Of a DNA stretch of 64,000 nt, positions 39,094 through 51,341 are shown piece after piece. The stretch lies in the NCBI GenBank assembly GCA_904063045.1, contig CAJFCJ010000014.1, positions 2,177,899 through 2,241,898 of the forward strand. The letters are read 5' to 3'. Within the stretch, counting starts at the first letter, position 1. Each line of letters opens with the position of its first letter. The position numbers and the translations under genes were made by a program. This DNA comes from Dimorphilus gyrociliatus (taxonomy: Eukaryota; Animalia; Annelida). The notes below the pieces were generated by a model that was given only the letters and a program-made list of their open reading frames with translations, was not told the origin of the DNA and did no database searches.

Positions 39094-41631
39094 TCACAAT
39101 AAAATCATATGTTTGCTATCTACATCGACTTTAATAAATAAACAATTATCTTTTGTATAATATCTGGTTGGTAGAAGTTCCAATTCTACAAACTTCTGTG
39201 CTCCAAACGAAGAGTTTCTTTCCAGTTTTGGTCTCCCTAAAAATGACATATTTTCTTTACATATATTAGGTTCAACAATATGACTTATGTTCCTCCTTTT
39301 CGATTCATCCGGATTCTGATCAATCATTGTAAACTTTATTTTATGCCTAAATGGCCAATCCAAAAGAGCGTCAAAATCTCCCTTACAAATACATACAAAG
39401 ATAGATAAACACTTTCCACGCACTATAAATTGGACAAAAAAAAAATGATATGGTTAGGCAGTGAAAGAATTTTTACTATTATAAAATAAATCATCTAATA
39501 TATAATTTATATTGCGGAAATATGAAAAAATCAAACCTTTTCCATCTCCATACAAGCATGCGGATAATGCTAATTTATATCCATGTCGGGATGTTAAAAA
39601 AGGAGGACTGTATATAGTTGATTTTTTACCACTTTTCGCTTCTTCTAGCTTTTCAGAGTAATTTTCAATTTTCCAGACGAGCTGTGACCCGTATAATTTC
39701 TCCATTGCATTTACTTTTGTATCAACTTGAGCTAAATGTTCTGCTTGTTCTTCTAGTTGCTTCCTAGTTGTTGATAATAAATTTGTGTGATGTGTTAACG
39801 TATTATACATTTTATCCAAATGTTCATCAGAATTTGAGTCCAAATGCTCGTTCATTTTGTTCCGTTCGCACTAAATAAAAAATAACGAGACTAGGTTAAT
39901 TATTTAGATTGGCAGGATAAATTAAAATATAAAAAATTGTCTATATATATATATATATATATAGTATATATATGAAAGAATTACGTTGAAACCACAGCCA
40001 GATACAGCATAAGGGCACTCGATTACTTGATAAGGACAATCATTATTTATATGATTCTTATACTGAAATAGAAACAATGACGTTATTAGTTATATATATT
40101 ATAGATTTGATTATGCTATATACATATATATATGCCTGCAACAAATGAAGAAAAGAAAGAAAAGAAACGCCTATTAAATATTTACTAAGAATTCATAATA
40201 TTGTGGCTCCTTCCCTTCTTGACATGTCAGCGTTTATAGTGGATTTCTATTGATTTTCGCTTTTAATTAAAATTAAATTCTAATTTTTAATGCTTAAGGT
40301 TAAAATGTTAACGTTAAATATATTATTAGTTTTCTTAGACAATTTTTACATACCAAAAATTGTTTTACAACAATCTGACTAGAGTTTTCATTGGAATTGT
40401 TCAGATATTAAAATATTAACTATTCAGCATATGTCCTCATTGTTGATTTTTGCTTAAAATAAATCGCAGAAATATAGAATAAAGTATTTAAATAGATATT
40501 TAGATGTTATAAAAAAATGGTTACAAATTTCTTGCTGTTGGAAAGCGTGCTCTGGATATTTATCAGTAAAATTTATTGATGGTCAACATATGCTAAAGGA
40601 TGATAAATACTATAGTCACGGATCAGATTTAAGCGAAGAAAGATGTCTAACCTTTGCTTTCAATAATTAAAATATAATACTATTGAAATTAGAGAAGGAA
40701 TTACCACAATTATGATATATACAGTTACAGAAATTGTATGTGAATAAAGCTTTAGATTTAAATGATCAAAATGCAAAAATAATGACTTCTGTACCAAAAA
40801 ATCCACAAAACTTTTAATAAATCAGTAGTTGCAGCACTGATAAAACTTTGAAATGATCAACCTTTTTACTTTTAAAGATCGTGATAATTTATAGATAATG
40901 GATACGAAAATAATACTAATGTTGATTTATCAACTATTTTCTGTCCACTTTTTAGACAAAAGTTGATAGGAAAACCTACGATTTATAGTCTACTATTAGT
41001 ATTATTAGAAAGGCATAGCCCAAATTCTTTTAACATCCATTAATCAAATAGATGATGAAAAAAAGAGTATTATCATAACACCTGTCTACATAACTTCTTT
41101 TTTGAGAAAAGCTCAATAAATCCGAATATGTCACTGGTTTCCCTGCAATATCTAAATACATATCTATACTTTTTCATTAATATTAAACCTTGTAGAAGCA
41201 TACGTAGTTTTAAAGATGAGCCTAAAAGTAAAATTTCAATTTAAGTATGAATATTTAAGGCTACAGAATAAAAATCTATTAAAAACTGAAGGAAAATTAC
41301 TATAAATAGCAGAATAAACTACGAGTAAGTGGAGAATATGAGTAAGATATTAGACGTCTGTCCTTAAATCGAAGTTATGGTTAACTTAACGGTATTCCGA
41401 GAACCGGAAGCAATATAGATCAGAAAGATGAATTTAGAACTGAAAAATAATTAGAAGAAACGAGTATTTGTCTAATTATTTTCATAGCAAATGTATTAAT
41501 GTAAATTTATGTCATAATCTGCAGTCTTAATTTAATATCTGCCATAAAGTAATATTAAGTATAGGATAAGATATCTTATTCTACGGTATTATAGAAGCAA
41601 ACCCTTCTATTCGAAGTACTGTTTTCACTTA

Positions 41632-41669
<38 letters not shown>

Positions 41670-44600
41670 TAATATATATATATATATATATACATATATA
41701 AACATCATAAAGTATATACTGTATAAATACTATATCTATTTTGGAACAGTAGCGAATGCTTTTAACTTAATAATCTTAAACTCAATTAATCACCCTCTTT
41801 TACAAGATAAGACATTCAATACTAATCGAACTCTTCTAGGTTCTGGAATTAATGATTAAGTATAAAAGTACTGGTTCTTCTATCGATAAATATAGATCTT
41901 AGTCTTTGCGTTATGTTTACACTCTGAAATTATATTGATCTAAAAATAATACTTGAGCATTGTATAAAAGTTTACCAACTTTTTCGAGTATGATAAAATT
42001 AAGGCTATTATAATAAAATGAAAGTTGTTCTTATATTTTTCTATTATAACAGGTTGTTAGACTAATCATTTAATGTCAGGCATAGTATTTGTTGAGAATA
42101 ATCTCAACAAATCTCTATAATTTCAAAAATATCATATTAAATTGAAATACCTGACAGCGAACTAATCCTTGAATACCGCAATTATTGGAGCAATCAATTG
42201 GAGATTCATCGCAAATGTTGAAATGGTTAATTTCGTCCTCCGCATAGATCTTTTTATTGCAAAGAGCGCAAAGAATTAATCGTCTTCTGCATTCTTCCGT
42301 AATATGCCTTTCAAAGTTACTTCTTATAATAACTTCTTCGCATTTTGGGCATTTTACTGGCGTCCAAATGCATTGGCTTAGATGATACTAAAGTGTAATC
42401 GGAAAAAAATTGTTATGTACCGAGAAATGTCTACGTAATGTAAATATAATAAGTTTCCCAACCGGAATTTCACCATATAATCCTTCCCAAATGCAATTTT
42501 TTCTAAAGAAGGAGCACTTTACTTTTAAATTGTTCACTTCATCTCCCAATTCAACATTCATCAAAACGTTATCTACATCGAAGTTTACTCCATCTATCGG
42601 ACAAGTAGCGTCGGATCTGTTTTAGGAAAAAAGAAATAGCAACATAAACCATTCAATCAATAAAGAGATCAATTAAAACATAAACATATTTCCCCTAGTT
42701 TTTCAATAAAAACTTGTATTACATGGAAAGTTTATTACTATAATTAAGGTACATAAAGAAAGATATTATAAAAGAAAGAAGATTAAAAAGTAAAAAAAAG
42801 AGGAGACAAAAGAGAGAGAGAGAGAGAGGGAGGGAGAGAAGAATTGTCAATTACATATCTTTTTATATTAAATTTATTTTTATCACTTCCTGGACTTTTT
42901 TAAATTTATATCAAAATTATAATTCAGCGCTTGTTTAATTAACGTCTTTTATATAATAAAATACCTCTTTTTATTAAGACTATAAGAATATATACATATT
43001 CATTATTAACCTTAGTTTTTTCATTCTTTCAACATAAGATTGTATTTAAACTAAGATATCGGTACTGTTATCTTTTTTTCAGATCATTCTATAATTATTA
43101 ATAGGCACTTAGATTGGTGAGACCTTGTTTAATTTTTTAAAATAGACGAATCCTAAAAAGGAAATGCGTTGCATTAAAAATTAGACGCCTTCACACACTT
43201 TTGTGACATCTATAAATTCCATTAGACCGTCTAACTGTAATACAGCACTTTTTATACCTCTTAGATTTGCTATTTTTTGAAAAATAGTGTAAATATAGCT
43301 CTATAGAGTATATATATACTGTATATATATCTACATGAAAGATACCATAAGTGGAAAGGGTTTCTCAGTTCAAGTCCATAAAATAATTGCATAGCTTTGT
43401 AGTAAAGGAAAATTTATACTGTTATCTATAATGGGAAAAGGTTGAATCTATAAGAAAATTCAATAGGTTATAATGACCAAAACTCATATTATATACTAAT
43501 ACATTTTTTCAAGCTTTTATACTTCGTCATATTCATAACTGACTTTTTATATATTCTTAATCATAGACTTTCTCAATGTTTACCTGAATATTTAATTAAT
43601 TCTTTTCTAATTAAAAATCAATAGGGTTACATCAATTTTATTACTTTTCTTTTCAAGCCTTCTATCTCTCTCTCTCTCGCTCATTTATTTATACCATTTT
43701 CTTTTTAATATTTAATTTGTCAAAATAGAAAAAGAGAAAGAGTTTAAGAGTATTTTAGTATGAGCAAATTTCATTGTGAATAACCCTTTTCTCTATCAGG
43801 TCGGGGAAGTAAAGGAATTGTAGCTTTTATAAAGTGTAAATGCACTATGTTGTACTTAAATGCTGTTTAAATTAGAATGTTTGCATTGGAAAATGAAATG
43901 TCAAAAAAGCTAATTAATTAAACGATTTTTGACGCCATTGACAAGAGTTGGCAACCAATTTTAACGTCATAAGTCAATAACTCCTATTGATTGTTCATCC
44001 TTTGGCTAATAAGACTAAGTTATTTCACCTCATTAGAAAAGTAGGTTACTTTGGTTCATAAGAAAAATCTATCATTTCTATTTTCTTTTTCGTCAATATA
44101 CAAGTATTCTGAACTAATATCAGTATATTAGAATTATAGATTCTATTGAAATGTCAAAGTTGTTTCTTTAACAACATTAAAATAAGATTTAAACATGTTT
44201 AATTTTAAATTAGATGATATTTATGCAAAATACATTTCATTTTTATTAATCATCAATAAATGAATACTTACTGAATAATAAAAATGAGCCAATTCTATTA
44301 TAACTATTTAAAGTATTCTTTTATTCTTTTAGACTAAAGATATAGTTAATTGTAATAAAAATTTACTGTTAAATATTACATTTCCCTTTTACAAAAAAGT
44401 AGAGAAAAGGCTATTTAAATATTATGTTCTTTATTTTACCAATCTGAAATCATATTTTCTCCCTTATCCTATTTTTTCATATTTATGAATAATAAATTGT
44501 TAGTCTTCAAGCTCTTTGTCTCTATAATTTTATATATTAAATACTGTATATACAGCTTTTTAGAGTTGTATATTTCTTTAGTTTGTTTTATGTTTCTTTT

Positions 44601-45313
44601 CAATTCTATCTTATTGTATAAATATTTTTTAAATATTTCTCTTATTATCGTTATTGTCATGTTTTAAATGAAAAACGTAGTTTTAAAGGTGAAATCAAAT
44701 CACTTAGAAAATTTTTTACTTACAGAGCTAAATCTTGATAGCAGGAGTAGCAGCAAGAATGTTCGCAGTAAGTTAGCTGTACCGGCTGCCAATACGTTAA
44801 TTTACAAACAGGACATTCATATTTTGGGTCTGGTTCTTCTTCAAATTCAATTTTAAATGCAGGCCTGTTTTGTAATTAGTATTTTTTTTTGTTAATATAA
44901 ACAATTTCATTAACATTCATTAGTCGTGAAAAGCAAAAAGCATCTATACAATAACTACTCTATATATATACTTTATATATATATATATACCTTTGATATC
45001 TATCTATATCATTCCTGTTGTCTCCAATCGTGCTAACATCAGAAACGCTTAGCATAGCAAGAGATTTATAACTCATGTTTCTTTGTACGGGTTTTACGGA
45101 CTGTAATGATTTATTTTGATCTGAATTTTTTCTTTGTATCATTGGAGAGGCTGCTCGCACTAATTTTGGTACTTCCATTTCATTTCTATGAGCAGATTTC
45201 ATAATATTATCAATTTCTTTCAAGGTCCTGCCGCCGTCATCCTCCGCATCTTTAAGGCCGTTTATTGATGAATCCTTGTCAGATGCCGGGCTTTCCGATT
45301 TTTCTAGAGTCAT
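39094..45313 (-). CDS. TRAF: TNF receptor-associated factor: RING, TRAF zinc fingers, coiled coil and MATH domain, 7 exons
   Basis: RING exon 44724-44864 (CPVC..QPVQLTYCEHSCCYSC) is completed by CPID in the next exon (~42461-42617). Zinc fingers at ~42151-42387 and ~39985-40062 are absent from the ORF track. MATH domain: LVWKIENYS..IYSPPFLTSRHGYK..GDFDALLDWPF..FGAQKF..DNCLFIKV. Paralogue number not assignable by eye. Confidence 0.93.
40510..41200 (+). mobile_element. Degraded Mutator-like (MULE) transposase remnant in TRAF intron 4, antisense to the host gene
   Basis: Broken plus frames give, in the expected order, NGYKF / CCWKACSG..SH (FLYWCH-like), VDLSTIFCPLFRQ (cf. DGTF..P.LF.Q), PTIYSLLL (cf. 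P.VYALL) and IDDEK..F..A.*IRICHWF (cf. DFE.A..F...GC.FH), with stops and frameshifts. No TIRs found. Confidence 0.3.
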
Positions 45314-45731
45314 CTTTCCATTTAGCAGTATTCAAACAAAGTAGAAAAATGATGAACAATAAAGAATACTGGAAAGGCAAATACTCTTTGCTAATCTCAA
45401 AACAATAAACTAATATGCGTCGCGTTCACCTTCTCCCATTCAATAGAAAAGTCAGCCTACATGTTTGCCATAGATCTGTATTGTTCTGTATGAATTTTTG
45501 ATGGCGTTGCTAACACAAGTAATATATGCAATCAATAAAGGAAAACCTCATTTTTGCTGGATAAATTATAAAAATGCATATGTTTTGAGCATATTTAAAG
45601 TAATTTCAATTTTGAACATGTGACTAACGAAACGAATATTTAGTCTTCTTTATTATTTTTACTTGAAATTAATCTTAAATCTTGGCTAATTATAATAAAA
45701 TATGAATTTTCAAATATTCCTTCACAACAAA

Positions 45732-45739
45732 TGACGTCA
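45732..45739. promoter_or_regulatory. Perfect CRE palindrome TGACGTCA upstream of TRAF
   Basis: About 420 bp 5' of the TRAF ATG; another non-coding copy lies at 59973-59980. Confidence 0.4.
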
Positions 45740-47200
45740 CATCCTTGTACGCGTGGGCATATCAACGATATTGAATAATGTATAAAATCTCTTTTGAAAG
45801 AATAGAACAGCCAATAAGAACAATTGTTGACACATATGTCATTTATTTTTAATTATATCGTCCTCTTTTCTGCCATATTTTTAAAAATGTTTTAATTTTG
45901 CCATGTTATTTTTTGTTTTCCTTAGTTTGTTTGTCTCTATACAAACTTGAATTTTCAGATAAAAGTTTTTTATTTTTGATCAACAGGTTAAAGTAAGAAA
46001 ATAAATTGTAATAAAAAATTTTGAATAATGTAAAAAAGATAATAAAGGCTTGCTAGTTTTGAATAATTAAGCAAGTGTTAATCATAGAACATATTTCTTT
46101 ATATTTGATTAAAACTGACCCCTTAAATAATTAAAAATTTATTCATATAACTGTATGAACCCATACAAATATATATGTATGTTTACATGTAGATATATAT
46201 ATATATATGTGTACTCTGTTGCTTTTATTATATACAAAATATGAACAATGATTTTTAAAGTACTATAATATAGAGTATTTATTATTAATAGATTAGTTTA
46301 ATCTAGTTATTTTCTGTTTAGTATTCTTCATAAAATAAAAATTGAAGTTTTTCTCTGACTTTTTGTTATTTTTACCTTTCTCTTCTGTTAATCTTACTTT
46401 AAATAAGATATTTTGACATAATTAATACCTAGATTATACATCAAAGTATCTTCTATAAAAGTATCATAAAAACGAATCATTACAGCAACCTATTCTTAAT
46501 AGATAATTGAATATAATGGTATAATATTTCTCCTTTAAAAATATAATACTTTTTATGCCATAATATCGATAGAATGGGGATAATTGATTTTTTTCATAAA
46601 AGGTCGAAAATACCTTTTCTTCGGTATTGAATATTGTCTTGTCAATTTGATCCTTATTTTTTCTTTTCCTTTACATAAAAGATAATCATTCTTATTTTTT
46701 TAATAATGAACATAAAAGTTTAACTCTTTTAATAATATATTTAATCCTTTATATGTATATATACTGTTCAAACTTATTAATATGTTTATGTACACTATGT
46801 CTTTTTCTATATGTTTGTTTATTAGTGTATTTTCTTTTATAAAACTAATTATACTGTAACGTCCTTGCTTCTTCCTTCCTCCCTTCCCCCTCTCTCTCTC
46901 TCTCTCTTACACTCACTCTCCATCTTTTCTTAATTAGCTTCAATATTCAAAGAGAAAGGTATTAAGAAATAAAGAACATTCATTTGAGAGACATTATAAA
47001 AAAGTAGTTGATTGTCTTTATATCTAAATGGCACGTTAATAAAGCAATATACGAGTAAATAATAAGAAGTAGATATTGGAATAAAAGAAATATATAAAAA
47101 AAGAAGGTTTCACTCTACGAAAGATACAAGAGAAAAGTTATTTTACTGTTGCTAATATTAATTTGTATATGTTATAAAAGTAACTGTTTCTATTTTCTTT

Positions 47201-50200
47201 CTACAATGTACTCTGTTGAATATCTGGTTCCGATGATATAGTCGTTTGATGTTCTCTAGTTGGTACATTTCTCTGCTCAAGAAACGGATGATGTCTGTAA
47301 ACGTGGTGCCATATTTCAGCATAACATACAGAGCAATGAAAACGGAAAAAGAGCAATAGCGGTAATGTTACGTTAACAATCATTGTCCAAGTAACTCCAC
47401 CAATTATATCGTCGACTCTACGGAGATTTAAAGATTTTGCAGTAAAGCTTCTAGCTGCCCAAACTGCTACGTTACCCAAGAGGAGAAAAGTTACTGCACC
47501 TCGTCCGGGTTTTCGTTCTCTATCTTCCCTTTCTATGCATTTAACCCTGAGTCCAAGAAGAATTGTGACACTTTGGAAAAGACTTTGACCAATCGAGATT
47601 ATAGCAGTAATAGTAGCAAGAATTGCTAGAATATCACCACTATCCCTCTCTTTAAGATATATAACATTTGCATAAGCAAGTAAAGATTCTAAAACTAAGG
47701 AACCAATAAGGCTTATTAATAAAAGAACATCATCAACATTCGGACCCTCGGCCTTGTGTTCCAGTTTTGATTGTTGAATTAGTGCAACCAGGCTTGCAAT
47801 GAATAATATGATGTACCCAACAATACAGCTTGAATAATAAATCTTAATAGCAATTTCAGCTACACATCGAATTGAATGAAATCATAAAAATTTACTTTAA
47901 CCAATAGCGTTCTTAAATACTGTAAATTAAACGTACAATGTAATAGAAGCATTTTGTTATATACTCCAGATGGCACCCTCGTTTATACTATTTATAAATT
48001 TTTGTCGTTTGATTTACCCCTATTCCTACTGCTATTGATAGAGAGAATTTTAAATATGTTTTTATGAATTCATTCATACCTTCGCCTCTTTTAGTATAAT
48101 GGTGAAAGAAAATAATTGAAATGATCATCATCGTTACAAATAAAATACCAAAGAATAGGCCAGTGTGGGATTTATCTAGTAAACTTTTCCTTAGATGATG
48201 GTGATGATGATGGTGGTGGTGATGATGGTGATGATTGTTGTTATTTTGAAGGCTAGACATATGTTGCAATGCTGCGGCATTGTCAAGTGCTGCTAGCGAT
48301 TTATTATCTTCTATATCGTCCTCGCTATCGCTGGATTCGCTATTAGACGAATCTTCATCCTCGCTATTATTGTAATCCGGTAGAACTTCGGCTACTTTCA
48401 AGTACATAACGACGAACGTAGCCATCGCAATAAGACTGTATTCCAATACGAAAGGAAATAGTATGGGCACTATTTCATTAACGTATTCCTTCTTCCAATC
48501 CGTTTCTATACAAACTTTGGAGGTATTTGGTAAATCATCCTGAATATTTTCAATAGTAGAAGTTTCGTTTTTTACTGAATGATGTGTTTTTGAGTGGTCA
48601 TCAAGATGATTGATATTAAGTCGGATTTCGTTGATAAGCGTCCTTAGCCAAATACAAACATTAGTGACAATCACGTGACTAAACCCCATTATTGCGACAG
48701 TTAACTTTTTATTCTGAACGCAGGGCTAAATATTCCAAGTGAAAAGAGAAAGAGAGAAAAACACAATTATTATGAATTTATATTAGGAAACAAATTTGAA
48801 CAGAACCAAAGAAAGAATGGTAACTCCCTTTGTTCCGTTCTGTGAAATACCTTTGAATGTTTAAAAATGAAAAAGGTTTGAAGAATGAGAAAGAATATTC
48901 TAAAGAAATAGGTCCATATTGTTCCAACGCTATCTTCGCAATTATCCTTAACTTGTAAAAATTTATACTCAATTTCTAAAGCAGTATAAGTCACGTGTCC
49001 AGCACAAAAAGCTAATATAGGGATATAATTCTAATTTTTAAAAGATAATATATGCATATATGTAAATTACCTAAAGCTCCAAGACGTAAATAAAAATTTG
49101 TCCCAGATTTTTTCTTTCGTTTTTGCTGAAAATGAGTTTTAGTTTTTTTTCTGTTTCTTTTTTTTTTTTTAATAAATTTTTTTTTTTAAAAAAAATGGAA
49201 AAAACCTTATAGAATAGGCGTTAATCAAGAAAATAAATTACCATTTGGTGTTCAATATGTTGTTGCGTAATTAATGGGATAGGACTCCGACCTTGTTGTC
49301 TTAAAAACGTCGTATTCCATACAAAATTACCAGTATCAGTTTGTTGCTGAGCTTCTGGCATAGGTTGATTTTTATCCATCATGAAAAAATGACAACAAAA
49401 GAGAAATATGGTAGCGACCACATATAAATAAACCATAAAAATCTATGAAGAGAAAGAAAGGGAAAGCAACGAATTATTTAAGAACACCCACAGATATACA
49501 TATGTACAATATATGTATATTTTTTTATCGTATATTAACAATATAAAACAATACAATAAAGAAACTTAATATGTAGAAAAAAAAGATGTTATCCAGATAT
49601 ATACTTACGCCATTTTCCGTCTTTTTACCCCATTCTCCTGTCGTAACTTCTATCATCGGAAATGTTATGCCAAGGGCCAAAATGATTGTTCCGTAAAGAA
49701 TACTTACCATTGTAAAAAAGGTAAGTAGTTTGCTGTAATATATATAAGCGAATCTATGAGCTTGTTCTTCCATGATATTCGTTCAAGTAATAGTACTCGA
49801 ACAAGAAATATTTTATTATTTTATAAAGATATGACTGATTACACTGATTTCGTTTCGTTTCTCTATTTATAAGATTATCAAAAACTTTTAGAGTATAATT
49901 AATTTCACTAAAGCTGATATGTCTTATCTCAATATCGGATAGAAATCAATAAAATAATTCTTTATCTTTATATTACAAATAATAGTAAAAAAAAAGAAAA
50001 GAAATTCGTTCAATTAACACATTGAGATATTAATAATATAATATCATTTTTCTGTTAGATACTTAATTAAACAAATTTTTAATTAATTTAATAAATTAAA
50101 TTATATTAATTAATTAATAAATATACAAAATTACCTTTTAGAAGTTTTTTCAACGGTTACGTGTAGGGAATACATCCTCTGAAACTGCCTTGGTCTTCTC

Positions 50201-50250
50201 TCTAAACTTGATATGCTTGAGTCTTTCTCGTTTTGGCCACCGGTCGACAT
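47201..50250 (-). CDS. OTOP: Otopetrin-family proton channel, 7 exons, ~650 aa
   Basis: ATG at 50250 (MSTGGQNE..). Motifs SILYG..LGITFPMIEV, VYLY, TNFYLRLGALAF, LQTFFIF, HVIVTNVCIW, LFPFVLEYSLIA, GLFFGILF, VDDVLLL, RKPGRGAVTFLLLGNVAVW and TLPLLLFFRFHCSVCYAEIW. The last intron is 47860-48079. Confidence 0.93.
47967..47975 (+). promoter_or_regulatory. CTCF-like core motif (CAGATGGCA) in an otopetrin intron
   Basis: actccagatggcacc, a close match to CCACCAGATGGCAC. Confidence 0.35.
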
Positions 50251-50943
50251 TATATTCTGGGTTAATATGAAAAATATTGTAAGGAAAAATGTTTGTGAAC
50301 CAAAAACTAGACCTATTTTTTTTTACCAGGAATGTATTTGGCTAACAGTGTTCTATTAATGTAGTATTGAAATTTTTTCTATTCTATTCAATACTGTTTA
50401 TTTGATTATTTACAACCTTACTATCAATTTTTAAATAAGTTTATACTAATATATTAATTTATAAAGATATTTAAAGAAATTAAAAAATACGACACGATAC
50501 TTATAACCAGTCTACCTCTTTGTCTTATTAACCAAGTTCAGCCTATTTCTTTTCAAGATACAACACATTCCAACAATTGAATTACGTCATTATTACTCAG
50601 TACCCCTGTTCACAAATGATATATTTTTTATATTCACATAAAAAGACAGATATTAAGCAATACTTTCAAGAGTTGATATAAAAGCGAATGTTACTAGCTA
50701 TGTACAATATATATATATACATATAGGTATATATACTGGATATACTAGCACGTACAGTTCATATCTATTTTATAATATTTTGTCGAGTAATCTCTTTTTT
50801 TCTTTCATTAGAAACAATGTCCCTAATTAATAATTTAGGTTAATTAATTCAGTAATTTTCTTTATAAAATGAAAACAAGATATAATTTATTGTGTCCTTC
50901 TTTCTAATCTATGTTTTTTTTTCATTTTCGTTTGATATCTTTA

Positions 50944-50976
<33 letters not shown>

Positions 50977-51341
50977 TCAAGTTAACCTTACTAAACGAAT
51001 ATAAAATTGTAAAAAAAAAATTAAAAACGGAAAAGAGATGGAAAGATAAAAAAGAAAAAAAAGATAACCATCATATTTTCATACCCTCATTTTACAAGAA
51101 ATATTTTGACAGCTAACACGTTTATTAACTGTTATTTAAGGTTAAAAAGATTACGTTTAAAGGCTATATATATACGAGTTTGTTTACGAATTTTCAAAAA
51201 TAGTATATTGTTCAATTTGTTTGAATAAATATATATATTTATAGATTTATATTACTAATTTCGTAAACTCTTATAAACATCTATTGTTAATAATATATTT
51301 AAATTCAAGTATTTTGTTTGTATGGAAAACTATTCAAAAGA

